Under the pieces are notes generated by a model. That model was given only the letters and a program-made list of their open reading frames with translations, did no database searches and was not told the DNA's origin. A DNA stretch of 63,981 bases, counting the filler, from Albugo candida (Eukaryota): assembly GCA_040437565.1 (NCBI GenBank). It is 2 parts of 2 records of this genome, joined end to end, with 100 filler letters (N's around TTAATTAATTAA, not from the genome) between each part and the next. Parts side by side here need not be neighbours in the genome. Positions count along the whole stretch, not along the records: positions 32,084 to 63,981 come from JBDOQK010000097.1; 1 more part is not named here. One strand, written 5' to 3'. Made by a program: the position numbers and the translations under genes. Positions 40,582 through 53,349 of this stretch are shown here, piece after piece. The first letter of the stretch is position 1, and every line of letters begins with the position of its first letter.

Positions 40582-43500
40582 ACTTCTCAATTCTCCGGCT
40601 ACTACGAAACCCGCCTATTTAGTACAAAACAGCTCGAAAAACTACTTTTTCAACTCTCTCCTCTCGAAAACAATGGTCCAAGTTGACATATCGACAAAAC
40701 CAAGGGTGCTGGCGTCCACTGGTAGTGACGTGGCAACCCTCATGGGTCACCCCGTTTTGGGTGATTGCATGATTGTTGATGACGTGGAAAGTACCCCTAC
40801 CCCCAGTGTGACGGTACAGGGAAATACTGGTACTACAGGTGTCGGATATGGTACCGGTAGTACATGTGGTACTGCCGTTGCCTCGTCACAGGGTGACCCA
40901 AAAGGAAACTGCAACTGCAAGTGTGGACGACTCTAAAAGTCCCACTCTTGCTGACATGATCAAGTCGCAGGAGTCCTTACGTAAGGACCAGACCAGAGCT
41001 CGGGCGAAATTTCGCGTGGAGCTCCGAAAGCCGAAAGCCTCGTACATCGAGTCTATTATGCGATTGTATGCTGATGGACAACATTCCGCGTGGTCGGTGT
41101 TGGCTGAAAAATTGGAGGCAGCGAAGCCTTTTAAGGTCTCCAAAGCCACCTTTCCCATGATTTCGGAAACAGGTCAAGCGTTGGTGCGTACACCAAATGG
41201 AAAAATCCTGTCTTCCCTTATGAAGGATCATGGGAATCCAGTATTCGAGAGTCTACTGGAGAGCAGAGCAATTACTTAAGTATCAAAGATGCCTGGTGGC
41301 AACCTTCGACTAATGCTTATCATCGAGGATGCTTCTCAACAGCTGGGGTGTCAGCCGATAATCATCCTCAGGTCTCAATACTTTTTTTGGGAGTACGATC
41401 CTCTCGAATTCAAATACTACCTGGATATATTTGGAGTGGGCGTAGAGGAAGAACGGATTCCGATTTTACGTTCCCTTCACAGTCTAGGATGTCCAGTAGT
41501 CTTTCCTACCTTCCGCGAAACTGTTGCGTGCAAGAGTGTCGTGATGTCGACGTGGAGAGTGTACTTTAGTACTCCTACGTGCCCTCCACAGCTGGTCCGC
41601 ATCGGTAAAGTATGCTAACAAATTGCATACTAAAAGTTGCTTTACCCTGTGCGAGGAGAAAAGGCTCCTATCCCATCTGAGCGACCACGTTTTGGTCAAC
41701 GTGGCCCTTATTGCTTGTATGTGGGTGCGGCATCCGCCGCTGGAGCAAGGCAACCCCAAAGCAAAACAAACAATCAAAAACAACTCCAATATCAATCTGC
41801 AACTCAGATTCAAAACACACAAAAAATAAAGAACCAGAAACATACAACCGAACCAGCGGCACTCGTTTTGGCACCACAAAAGGTAGTGAATCAAGTTCCC
41901 AGTCAAGAATTGGAGGCGAGGAAACCTGAACGGAAGCTATCCGATAAAATCTCTTAGGAGCTTAATTCTCCCCTTACTATCGCACCACCATGAGGATCAG
42001 CCTCATTGGAGCCGTCTCCTCCCATTCTCCAACTCACCAGTCAGTCATATTCACACCACGGCTAATAGAGATGAGGATGTATCCATGAAGTTGGCATGGA
42101 CGAGTGCAAAACGCAACTGGGTGGAGCCATTATAGCAATTGGTCTCCAAAGGACTACCTCTTGCGCTTCCAAAGTTAGCGACGAGTAATTATTTTTCTGT
42201 ACTCGCAACTATGGAGGTGGAGATCGAAGAAGTAAAAGCGGTTGCCAATCCGAACAACGTAAAATAATCGCGTTCAAATCATCCCCGTGAAAGCACGGAT
42301 GCCACAAGAGGTGGCCACCTCGAAAGTGGCCGCGCACTTTTATCAGAAACGACACACATCAATTGAGAAATTGGAGCGTCCAACCCGAGTTGGTGAAAGA
42401 GGGGAGGTAATAAAAATCGGTTTCAATAATTCCCTTCTCTCGCTCCGACCGGACAAGCTGGTTCAAGCGGATGCTTCCATTCGTCATGTGCACAAGCTAA
42501 TCCGATTCTTCACAAATCCGGACAAAATTATCCGAGTGGTAATTGATCATCCAATCACGATGAATGGTGTTTTACTCGCGTGTATGGAGTCGAACTATAA
42601 AGCTTTGGATGAAGTGGCGCATCTACTCATGATCAATCGCGTTTTTGCAACACACAATCTCGGCGAAGATGTTACGTTTGCGACGCGATGGAGTCGCCAC
42701 GATAATGGAAACGTTCCCTCAAAGAGATCTGTATTGTTCGAGAAAGTGATGCCTTGGTGGAAGTAAGTGCCGGACACTGTTCACGGTTTGACTCAGAAGA
42801 CCAAAGCTCTCGCAATATTGGAATTGTTATTCATGTCTACTGCCCCGACATTTTACACATACGATCACTGGATCCATATCTCACCAAAGGACCAGTGATC
42901 TGGTTTCCGGGTCATCTCTTTACTTCCAACCAATGTGATCATATCCTTCTTCCGATCCGATGTGGGCATAAAGTGTTGGTCGCAATGGTTGGGAGGTAGA
43001 TCGCGCGGACTTCTCCATGGTGACATCGCTGAGCTTTCAGTCAACTTCACCTTTTTTCCGGAGGAACATAAAACGCTTCACCTCTTACAACAAGATGGTG
43101 AAACGAGCTTGATTTCTGGTCCACTTCAGCTTGAATGCGAAAGGCTTCTCGATTATTTCAACGTGAAACAATATCTCAGCACTCACGGTGAATGTTAATG
43201 GAATTCATAAAAATGGTCATCTTTTTATCGACCACATCTTATCACAACACTCCATTTGTNNNNNNNNNNNNNNNNNNNNNNNNNNNNNNNNNNNNNNNNN
43301 NNNNNNNNNNNNNNNNNNNNNNNNNNNNNNNNNNNNNNNNNNNNNNNNNNNNNNNNNNNGGCAGATCATTTTATGTGGGAGTAAAAAGCAAAGAACGGAA
43401 ACATTATTTTCCATCTATTCCACGCTCACAACTCTCACGAAACGTCTGGAAACCTCCCGAACCAACCAAGAGTCATTCGAAGTCGACACATTGGTCATCA

Positions 43501-44070
43501 CGGGAGAGAATGGACGCGCTGGATTCCGAACGAGTTCGAACTTTTATGGCTACATCACGGCATCTTCGAAAACGTGTATTACCAATTTTCGAGGATTTAC
43601 AGTTTCGTCTCGCCTTTCGGATGTTGCCAGTTCGATCTCGTTTCTGGTTCTTAAAGGATATTCAGCCCGACATTATATTGTGCACGCAGCCTTCGTGTGG
43701 GGCAGTGGAATCCGATCAACATCTCTTTCTAGAGTGCGACCACACGGCACAGTTATGGAGGGAGTTACTCCCTAGTTGGGATCAGTTTTTCTCCTCTCGA
43801 CCACGTTGGACGCATATTGCATGTGCAATCGTACCAGCACTACGGTCGGAGTGGAAAGAATATTTAGCAATTATATCAGATTTATGGCTTGCATTGCAAG
43901 CGGTGACACTGCACTTCGTCTGGACAGATCGGAATCGTCGTTTGTCGATCAGCGATCAGCAACTCCGACAGTTCCAGCACTTTCCGTGATCTACACCACG
44001 CTTAATGCGCACGTTCGGTACTTTCGAAGACAGTGTTACGAACAAGAGGAACGAATCCGGCTTGCAAAGG
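40582..44070 (+). mobile_element. L1-like LINE: 5'-complete, ORF1 frameshifted, ORF2 internally deleted, zf-RVT retained
   Basis: 91-nt 5' UTR, ORF1 ATG at 40673 (MVQVDISTKPRVLAST). ORF 43192-43989 has C...CGAVESDQHLFLEC...LW...VWTDRNRR (zf-RVT). Homology to the 29-31 kb copy stops near 44070. Confidence 0.82.
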
Positions 44071-45339
44071 TATGCGAGCATACCTTTGATTTGATGAAAC
44101 TCACTGACAGGAATGCCCACTGGAAATAAAACCGTAAACTTCTTCTTCTTTTGTAGAATTTTGTACTCGTAGAAAAAATGTGATCACTGTTTCTATAGCA
44201 ACTCAATTAAATGTCCGCTGCACGCCCCACAAGATCACTTACATTTGTCCGAGGGACTTTGCTTCACCTATAAGCTTCTGAACGAGTGTGAGCNNNNNNN
44301 NNNNNNNNNNNNNNNNNNNNNNNNNNNNNNNNNNNNNNNNNNNNNNNNNNNNNNNNNNNNNNNNNNNNNNNNNNNNNNNNNNNNNNNNNNNNNCACGTTC
44401 GGTACTTTCGAAGACAGTGTTACGAACAAGAGGAACGAATCCGGCTTGCAAAGGTATGCGAGCATACCTTTGATTTGATGAAACTCACTGACAGGAATGC
44501 CCACTGGAAATAAAACCGTAAACTTCTTCTTCTTTTGTAGAATTTTGTACTCGTAGAAAAAATGTGATCACTGTTTCTATAGCAACTCAATTAAATGTCC
44601 GCTGCACGCCCCACAAGATCACTTACATTTGTCCGAGGGACTTTGCTTCACCTATAAGCTTCTGAACGAGTGTGAGCTTCTCAGCGGGGAGATAAATAGA
44701 TTGTAGATTAGATCGACATATTTTGTAAATGAGAATCACAAGATCCTTTCCCTTATATAAGATTTTTCGTTTCCTTCAACTGAAGTACAATTTGTAGATA
44801 AGGCAGTAGTGAAGCAATATTAAAGCGGTCGGTCAACGGTGAGTGGATCTACGACTCGGTATAGTATCATGAATATAAGGATGTGTACCGTTACTAATAA
44901 AAAGCTGGAAATTCAGAAGATTGGCATTAAATCGTTTTGAGCTGTAGCTTTGTATTTAAAAATGAATGTATAATAATGTGGGCCACGAGACTTGAACGCG
45001 AGAGAATACAACCAAAAATGGAGTGAATACCTGATTAAATGCATAATAGTGTGTACCACGTAACTCGAAAAGGAGTGAATATAATAAGTCCCTATCTATA
45101 ATGAAATAGTATATATAGGTTATACACATAGGATAATTATGTGTGCGACCTTACTTAGAAAGGGAGTGAATTTAACCAAAAAGGGAGTGAATATAACAAT
45201 TCCATAAAAAATACCAATTTGATAAATAAAATAGACCAAGGCTGTATACTATACGTACGGATATACACATGCCTAGGATTATAACGAAAAAAAAACAGTC
45301 TTGGATTAAAACCCGTGATCAATAATGCACTATGTAGTA

Positions 45340-48300
45340 AGGATTATGAAGCATGCAATTACGCGTCCCTTATTGCACAACCTCTGCTATTATGGCCGAA
45401 CTGGTTGCACATTCCACATCTCGCTCGCTTGCACGCCACGTGACGTTCGATCCCCATCAAGCAGTCGATGATAGGAAGCCTTCGAATTCTCCTTAACACA
45501 ATTTTACTAACCCAATTTTCTAATGTCGAAGTGTTGTAGTTGTAGTATGTGTCACGCATGTATTGGAAGCTGATCGGGGAGGACACAGTGGTCCTAGCAC
45601 GCTTAACCTCCTAAAGCTTCAACAGCACACTGCTGTTCGAACTTGTGATATTCGCTTTCGCCTTCTCGTACTCCTCCGTTGTTCCTGAATGAGCCAATAT
45701 CCACGCCAAATTCTTCAACAACTTTTACTCGTATTTCACCAAATGCCGGAAGCAGAAAAAATGTGGGACGCCGGGTGCCGATGTATGTGTTGGAAACCGG
45801 AGCTACTGATTGCAGCGACGGTGAGTTGCAGACCTCCACTGGTGGAAGGTCACCATCTCCTAAATAGTCGTAGGCAGTGAAAGGTCGCAGAGAGACATAA
45901 GAAAGCTGAGTTTTCAAGGGAGTTCCCAATATATCTTTAAACAGCAAGTCTTTGTGAGTTACCATTTGTACGGTTTCTAATAGGATTATGAGCCTAAGCA
46001 ACTAGAGACTACGTGGTGCTACGTGACCGACGCAACAGGAAGGACAGAACTTATCTTCATTGTCAGACTCCGATAGCGACGGAGAAGAACGCAACGAATT
46101 CAAGATTGGACATGCGGGGACTCCCATACACTGGAATGACAATGACTGGACGTTTTACAAGAATTCCATGCTGAATGCGTTCGAGGAAAGCTTATTAAAG
46201 CGGATAGCTATTGGATAAGAGTGTCAAGACGTAAGCTGGAAGACGAAGAGAATGGCGAATTCAAGAAAACGGAAGCCAAAATCAAAATTTTATCCAACGA
46301 TCACTCTCAATGAAACTTGCGAAACAAGTGATGATGGAAAATACCGGCACGGAGATGTGGGCTGAGCTCGTATCGATCTAAGAGGGGCAAGAAATATCCT
46401 GCTATGACTGCGCAGAAGGTGTATCGCTTGCAGGGCGAGCTACACAAGACTTATCTGCGTGGAAAAGGAAACGTACGGAGCCATCTCTACAAACTTTTCG
46501 ATATCAAGAGCCAACTTGCAGATTAAAGATCACCCGTAAACGACTTTCAGATAGTTGATCGCATATTAAGAAGTCTTCCGTGACAGGCTTCTTATGATGA
46601 ATTAAGGTGTTAAGTGTTGTTCAGCACGAACTCGGCAAAATACACACCGGAATTGCTTCGAGAGATGATAATTACCGCAGAATCACGAAACGAAGACTGG
46701 GGAAACCATGTTTTCGGAAACAAGCATATGCGCAAGGAGAAACTCAGCTTGGAAAGAGGACATATAACCATACTGATATAAAAACAGGAGAAACAATTAG
46801 AACTGGTGGTTGCTATCATTTCAATGAAGATCATTTCAAACGTGATTGTCCAAATTTGGAAGGAAGAAAAACGCAAAATCAAATCATGCTCGTTCGGGTG
46901 ATCAAAAGGCAGCGACACGTGAAGTTGAAGAAAATCCAGATGATGATCGTAAAAATGCACAGAAGCGCAAAGTTGTGATGGGCGAAGTCGCAAAGGTCAT
47001 CAGTAAAGGATATGAACCTATTCAATTAGACTTTGACTCGGGATCGAATATACATATCACACAGCGTGCAAGAAATATTTAGGACACTACAAATTATGGA
47101 TGATAGCGAGTAGAATCCAAATATTTCAGGCTTTTCTGATGGTGTTGACACTAAAGCAGAAAGATTTGCAACCATTCTTCTTTCAGTGATGAATGACGAA
47201 CAAATGGTGTTCTTTCTTGTGGAAGACGTATTGTATGTCCCAACAGCTGGCTGCAATTTATTCATAACTGGCCTAGCAATGGATCAAGGTTTCAAAATGA
47301 CATGGAATAATGGCAACCAATCATTGGGAATGCTAAAGGATGGAGCAAGTGTAATTCGAACACAATAAAACAATCATCTATGGACGTTTACTGCTCATAA
47401 TTTTGGCAATGACGCAAACAAGATAGATCAACCGAGAAGTACGAAGCAAGAAGGAAAGGAGCACGATTTTGCAAACTTTGCTATTACAGATGGCGTCTCA
47501 GACATTGACGTCTGGCACGAGGGACTTAGACATATCTGCTCTGAATATATTCGGCTAATGGTTGATAAGTGGATGGCCAAGAACATCATGCTCAAGCGAC
47601 GGAGAAAACTGCATTGTGCGGATTGTCACTTTGGCAAGCATTTGGAGGACTAGTATACCATAAATGGCATAGTGCACACCAATGTTGGGCCAAACACGTC
47701 TCAGCTTGACCTGTTAGAGAGAGCACACCAGACATTGATCGGAATGATGAAGACAATGTACATCAATGTGGATTTNNNNNNNNNNNNNNNNNNNNNNNNN
47801 NNNNNNNNNNNNNNNNNNNNNNNNNNNNNNNNNNNNNNNNNNNNNNNNNNNNNNNNNNNNNNNNNNNNNNNNNNNCGAACAAATGGTGTTCTTTCTTGTG
47901 GAAGACGTATTGTATGTCCCAACAGCTGGCTGCAATTTATTCATAACTGGCCTAGCAATGGATCAAGGTTTCAAAATGACATGGAATAATGGCAACCAAT
48001 CATTGGGAATGCTAAAGGATGGAGCAAGTGTAATTCGAACACAATAAAACAATCATCTATGGACGTTTACTGCTCATAATTTTGGCAATGACGCAAACAA
48101 GATAGATCAACCGAGAAGTACGAAGCAAGAAGGAAAGGAGCACGATTTTGCAAACTTTGCTATTACAGATGGCGTCTCAGACATTGACGTCTGGCACGAG
48201 GGACTTAGACATATCTGCTCTGAATATATTCGGCTAATGGTTGATAAGTGGATGGCCAAGAACATCATGCTCAAGCGACGGAGAAAACTGCATTGTGCGG

Positions 48301-51300
48301 ATTGTCACTTTGGCAAGCATTTGGAGGACTAGTATACCATAAATGGCATAGTGCACACCAATGTTGGGCCAAACACGTCTCAGCTTGACCTGTTAGAGAG
48401 AGCACACCAGACATTGATCGGAATGATGAAGACAATGTACATCAATGTGGATTTCAGAAGTCGTTATGGGTGCATGCATTAGAGAATGCAATTTACATCA
48501 AGAATCGTGTGTACTGCAAAGGTGCAGCAAGTACACCATACGAGACCCTGTTTGGCCGTAAGGCGGACATCCATCACCTACGAGTATTTGGGTCCTCGAC
48601 TTACTGTAATATTCCCGTCTCAAAAAGAAAGAAAATGATAATGAGGTGCAGAATTACATTCTTGTTAGACTACTGCGAAGACATTGTGGGTTTTAACGTG
48701 TACTTCCCCACCGAACACAAGAAGGGATTCGTTTCAGATGTGAGAATTTTCAATGAAGTACAAGGACCATCATTAATCCACATATTCAAATGAAGTCAAG
48801 AGATGTTACAGGCATTCGATGACTTCATCGAACAGGATACCCAACCTGGTACAAGTTCAGATCGGGAAGCAGAGGTCAGCGAAGTTTTTGACAATGATAT
48901 TGCTAGGAGTGGAACTGATAGCGGTCTCGAGGACTGGGATGCCGAGTCAGCCGGTCACGTCACAGGTCTGGCTACAGTGAAAGAAATCGTAGACTACTCG
49001 CAAGACGATGAGCAAAAGCACAACTGTTCATTGAATTAAAGTACGAACGTGAACTTGTAACGGATCACATTACCAAGCAACAGCTAGCAATCCCCTACAA
49101 TCAATCAATCGGAAAAAGACGTCCGAGGGGAGTCGAAATTCGACGGATGCGCAAAGGAAACGCACCAAGATAAATGCAAAGCTACTGAATGCTACTAAAT
49201 TGAAACATATGACAGCCGTCTAAGAATGGAGTAGAAATTGAACTTATGGTATTAGAGCACTTCAAAGTGTATTCAGCATTCAAGATATCAAAAATGGATC
49301 GTCGTGGGTAGCGAGGATTACAAGAAAAGGACATCAAAATTCTCAAGAATTGTCACCAAGCCATGCGATAAAAACACGCAGAATTGTTGCGTAATGCAAT
49401 GGATACTGAAATGGCCTATTTAAAGAAAAAAGAAGTGTTAAGGGAAATTCCGTGTTCGGATATCCCCTGTGGACAACAAACTATCAGAACGATGTGGCTC
49501 TTCGATCTCAAAACAGATCAGTTAGGCTACGTGGTGAGGTTATACGAACGGGTTGTGGCGAGAGGTGACAAGCAGAGGCCTGGTATTTTAAGGATACCCT
49601 CTCTCCTGTGGCACGCATGGCCACATTTAGGATGTTTGTTGCGGTGTGCATCTGACAAGATCTTACAATCTATCAGGGTGACATCAATACCGCCTACCTC
49701 AATGCCGCCCTAAGTATCAAGCAATTCCTGGATGAAGTCGAAGGATATCCTTGCAAAAACAAAGGGATGGTTTACATCATTGACAAAGCACTCTATGGAT
49801 TACGCTAATCCGGAAGAGAGTGGAAAAGCAAAGTGAATCACTAATTTGTTGATTATGGATCTATGCAATCTGCGACAGAACCATGCCTCTACTTCTAGGA
49901 TCATGACGGCGAATTCATGATTGTACTTTTCTACGTGGATGACATTTTATGCGCAACCAAAAATCTAGACTTCAAAATCAAAATGTTTGTGTTTCTGGAG
50001 AAGTATCATGGGCTGAATGATAAGGTCTGCTGAACACGTACTTGGGTGTGCAGGTGGAACAGAACGAACATTCCACAAAGATCCACCAGACAAAGTATTG
50101 CCAAGCAATTATTAACCGCTTCAATTTCGATAATACTCCTCCAAGTAGAATTCCGATGGAGATCAACACATTTTTGAGTGCGGTGGTCGCAGATATGCAA
50201 CAAAGAAAACAAATACTCGGAAATGGAAAGACTTGTACATGCCGAAAGCTCGTCGGGCCGTTGATTTACCTCGCGATTTTTACCAGACCTGACCTCGCAT
50301 ATCCCGTTGGACAATTAAGTCGCTACGTGTAGAATCCTACGCAGCAGCACATAGGAGCCGCAAAAAGAGTCCTTAGGTACTGATTGTCACGAAGACACAA
50401 GGAATTTTATACTCTCGAAATATGACAGAAGTACAACAATCAATTTTGATTATCGATGGCTACTATGACTCTGACTGGGGAATGATCCCGACTCACATAA
50501 AAGCATTACCGGTTTCGTGCACTGCCTTGCTGGGGTTGCAATATCATGGTCTTCCAGACGTCAAAGCATCGTGGCCCAGTCAACTGCAGAGGAAGAATAT
50601 GTCGTGGCATGCGATGCTTGTATGGAAGGACAAGGGCTCCGTAACGTTTTACTACAAGTTTTCTCAAACGTCAAATCGTTTTTCCCTATTGGGATTGACA
50701 ATCAAGCGGCCAATGTAATGGAAATGAATTCTACATACAGCCGTAGAACAAGACAAATTGAACTGCGCTGGCATTACGTCTGAGAGCAAGTGGTAAAAGG
50801 AAATGTGGAGTTATGGAAAGTCAAGACTGACTTAAATCCAGCAGACATCATGACAAGCCTCTTGCCAGTGTAAGATTCGAAAGATTGAGCTCAATGATCG
50901 GTAGACCAAACTACACCTTTCCAATCTGATGGACTAACTTTGGAAGAGGCCGGTTGGAACCGGATCTACTGATTGCAGCGACGGTAAGTTGAAGACCTCC
51001 ATGGGTGGAAGTTCACCATCTCCTGGAAAGGCGAAGGCAGTGAAAGGCCACAGAGAGACATCAGATACTTACTAAGGGAGTTCCCAATATAACTTTAAGG
51101 AAGCAAGTCTTTGTGTGTTATTTTTTGTACGGTTTCTAATAGTGTGCATAGCTTTCATAATCCCCTTGTCCCTATCCGATATCACGAATGCTCGAGATGG
51201 CTTGAGGTGAGAAGTAGAACTTCAAAAACCGGCCTTAGTTATCTTTTTTTTTCTAACGACACAAGACAAACTCCGATTATTTCGATCTCGTTGTTTCCAT

Positions 51301-51900
51301 TTCGAAAGCACGCAGCAAGGAGGATTCCACCGATTGAAGTCTTTACAAATGTGCCGTCCACGGATATCCCACGCTCACTGTATGACTTATATGCTTATAG
51401 TCCTTCCCATAGAATGATACTCAACCGTATGAATCCAGCATTTACGATATCAAGCTTCGCTTCGTGGCCTCAAGTTTTTAGTCCAGTCATGTAGGATGAA
51501 GTGAGGCTTTATAGCTTAATTTCACTTCCTTATACCTCAAGCTTCAAAATTTGGAGTTCGTGAGCACAGTGCGTATATGTGGTGGAATTACCTTGGTATA
51601 TGTCATCAACAGAGTCACTTTCCTACCGGAGATTATGGCCATATATCTAACTGCAAGACTTAAAGCAGTTCGTTGTATATCTACGAGACGCCTTTAGTGA
51701 TTAAAATACTTGGCAGGAGTGCGAAAAAAACTTGTTGGAGGGATAATTGTCTGCGAAAAGGAAACTGCACAACAAAGAAACACTCATGTTGTGTGCACAC
51801 TGCTTTATAGAGCTTGTCACTTGATCCCACACGAAACGGACGGTTACAATTTCTGTTGGACTTAATTACTGCTTGAATTATTTCCCTTTTATTGGCATGA
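45340..51900 (-). mobile_element. MuDR-type MULE transposase relic interrupted by a copia element
   Basis: GISVDGTFVKTSIGGILLAAC...VISDRDKGIMKAMH (51150-51400) continues across the copia as TSAPGVPHF. C-terminal knuckle CGMCNQFGHNSRGC near 45380-45420. Confidence 0.8.
45788..51141 (+). mobile_element. Near full-length Ty1/copia retrotransposon, decayed
   Basis: LTRs at 45788-45982 and 50952-51141; TSD GTATG and GTGTG; PBS-like GGATTATGAGCC. Gag CYHFNEDHFKRDCP, protease DFDSGS, integrase, RT FYVDDIL, RNase H SWSSRRQSIVAQSTAEEEYVV; PPT GGAAGAGG. Confidence 0.93.
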
Positions 51901-52007
51901 ATCCTGTTATAGAAAGAAGCTGCTGCTAATTTGTGTCGTCGTTTTCCATTGCTGTGTGCAATGTGTATATCCGTGCGTACTGTAGACGGGCTTGGTATAT
52001 TTTTTTA

Positions 52008-52950
52008 GGGAATCCTTATTCAGCACTCAGCCTCCAAATAATTAATAGCTTAGTGTCCTCTGATTGGGTATAACAAGAATAACAGAAAAAAACATTTAAT
52101 TACCGGAATCGTTATTCAGCCTCTACCCTCCATAATTGAATGAAAATTGTAGCCTCTGATTAGTCTGAATAGATGCAACGGAATGATTAAAAAAATGTAT
52201 AAGTTACACTGTTGTCTCCTTCAACTTCAATTTACCTGTAGGCTTGACGACATCTACAATGTGCTATCCTTAAGCCCGTGATTTTCGTCACCAAGTAATA
52301 CCGCTGTCTGCTAATGGTTTTGATCAGCATTGGTGACTGGTACAGCCAACGCCAGTTCATGTTGAGGGTAGGACCATGCGAATTGGAATTGAGATAGCAA
52401 TGACGAGGATAAATGATGAGTATGGGAATGCTTCCAAACATCGTAAGTGTGCACTTCTAGACTATGTCTTGGCACTCCCAGAGACAGAAGTCGCGATCCT
52501 GTGCAAGTGCGCATGCGTGGTACGCCATCGAGCTCAATGTAGCGACTTCCATAGAAGTTTGAGCATGTAAGCAATGCTTCAATGCTCCTGTACATCGCCG
52601 AAGATGTCGAAAATGCCAAATACAGGTCTCATTGTCAGAACCTGCCGTCAAGAAGCAACAGCAACACTTGCAGCAATCGATTTAGATACAGACTTAGAGT
52701 AAGTAGTAATTCAAGTCTGTATAACCGAATTTTCTTTTTTTTTATTCTTTTCATTTCGTTGCATTTATTCAGACCAATATGAGGCCACGCTTTTCATAAA
52801 TATATGAAGGGTGGGGCTGATTAACGCTTCCCGTGATTTATTTTTATTTATTCTCTTCAATTTGTTCAAACCAATCAAAGGCCGATCGCTACTAATTTAT
52901 TGAGGCTGAGTGCTGATTACAGAGAAGGTGAGTGCTGAATAACGATTCCT
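52008..52950. mobile_element. MULE-like TIR element with non-transposase internal sequence (possible Pack-MULE)
   Basis: TIRs GGGAATCCTTATTCAGCACTCA and TGAGTGCTGAATAACGATTCC; degenerate AT-rich 8-bp flanks TTTTTTTA and TATTTCTA; internal minus-strand ORF pieces at 52232-52651. Confidence 0.65.
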
Positions 52951-53349
52951 TATTTCTATAATCCCTAGTAAATATTATATTTTTGGGAAACTAGCGTAGA
53001 TAGTTCAAGAAAATGTGTCATTATTGAGGCATATCTGAACGGATGACTGGATCTTTGTCGAAATCCTAATATTGTACCGCAAGTAGTCGCATTAAGATAT
53101 GAAAAGGAGATGTTAAAGATCGGAAGTAAACTGAAAAGTGAGTTAGATGTATCCGTAGTACACTGAACGCTGACTTCTTCCTTTCCAAAAAATGCATCGA
53201 AAGTGGTTCAGAAAGATATACGTGTTTTGCAAGCAATTTCATCCCTTGCTAAACAAATAATCTACGCAAAGCTCCAGAAAAGAGAAAAATACAAAAGGCT
53301 TGGAGGTAGATTCAGAGACTAAGGGGGTTGCGGTTCTTGTGGAACTTAT

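Larger units (their letters stand above)
40225..45203. mobile_element. MULE-family TIR element (same TIR family as 5913-8920) hosting a SINE and a LINE
   Basis: ~115-bp TIRs at 40225-40343 and 45087-45203 (GGAATTGTTATATTCACTCCC). 8-bp TSD ATAAAAAA at 40217-40224 and 45204-45211. Confidence 0.85.

Noticed and set aside
44010-44677. Identical ~284-bp direct repeat either side of a gap
   Set aside because: Exact overlap of contig ends across a 100-N gap; assembly artefact, not an LTR.
47197-48454. Identical ~580-bp duplication inside the copia element
   Set aside because: Copies abut the gap and are identical in a decayed element; unmerged contig overlap.
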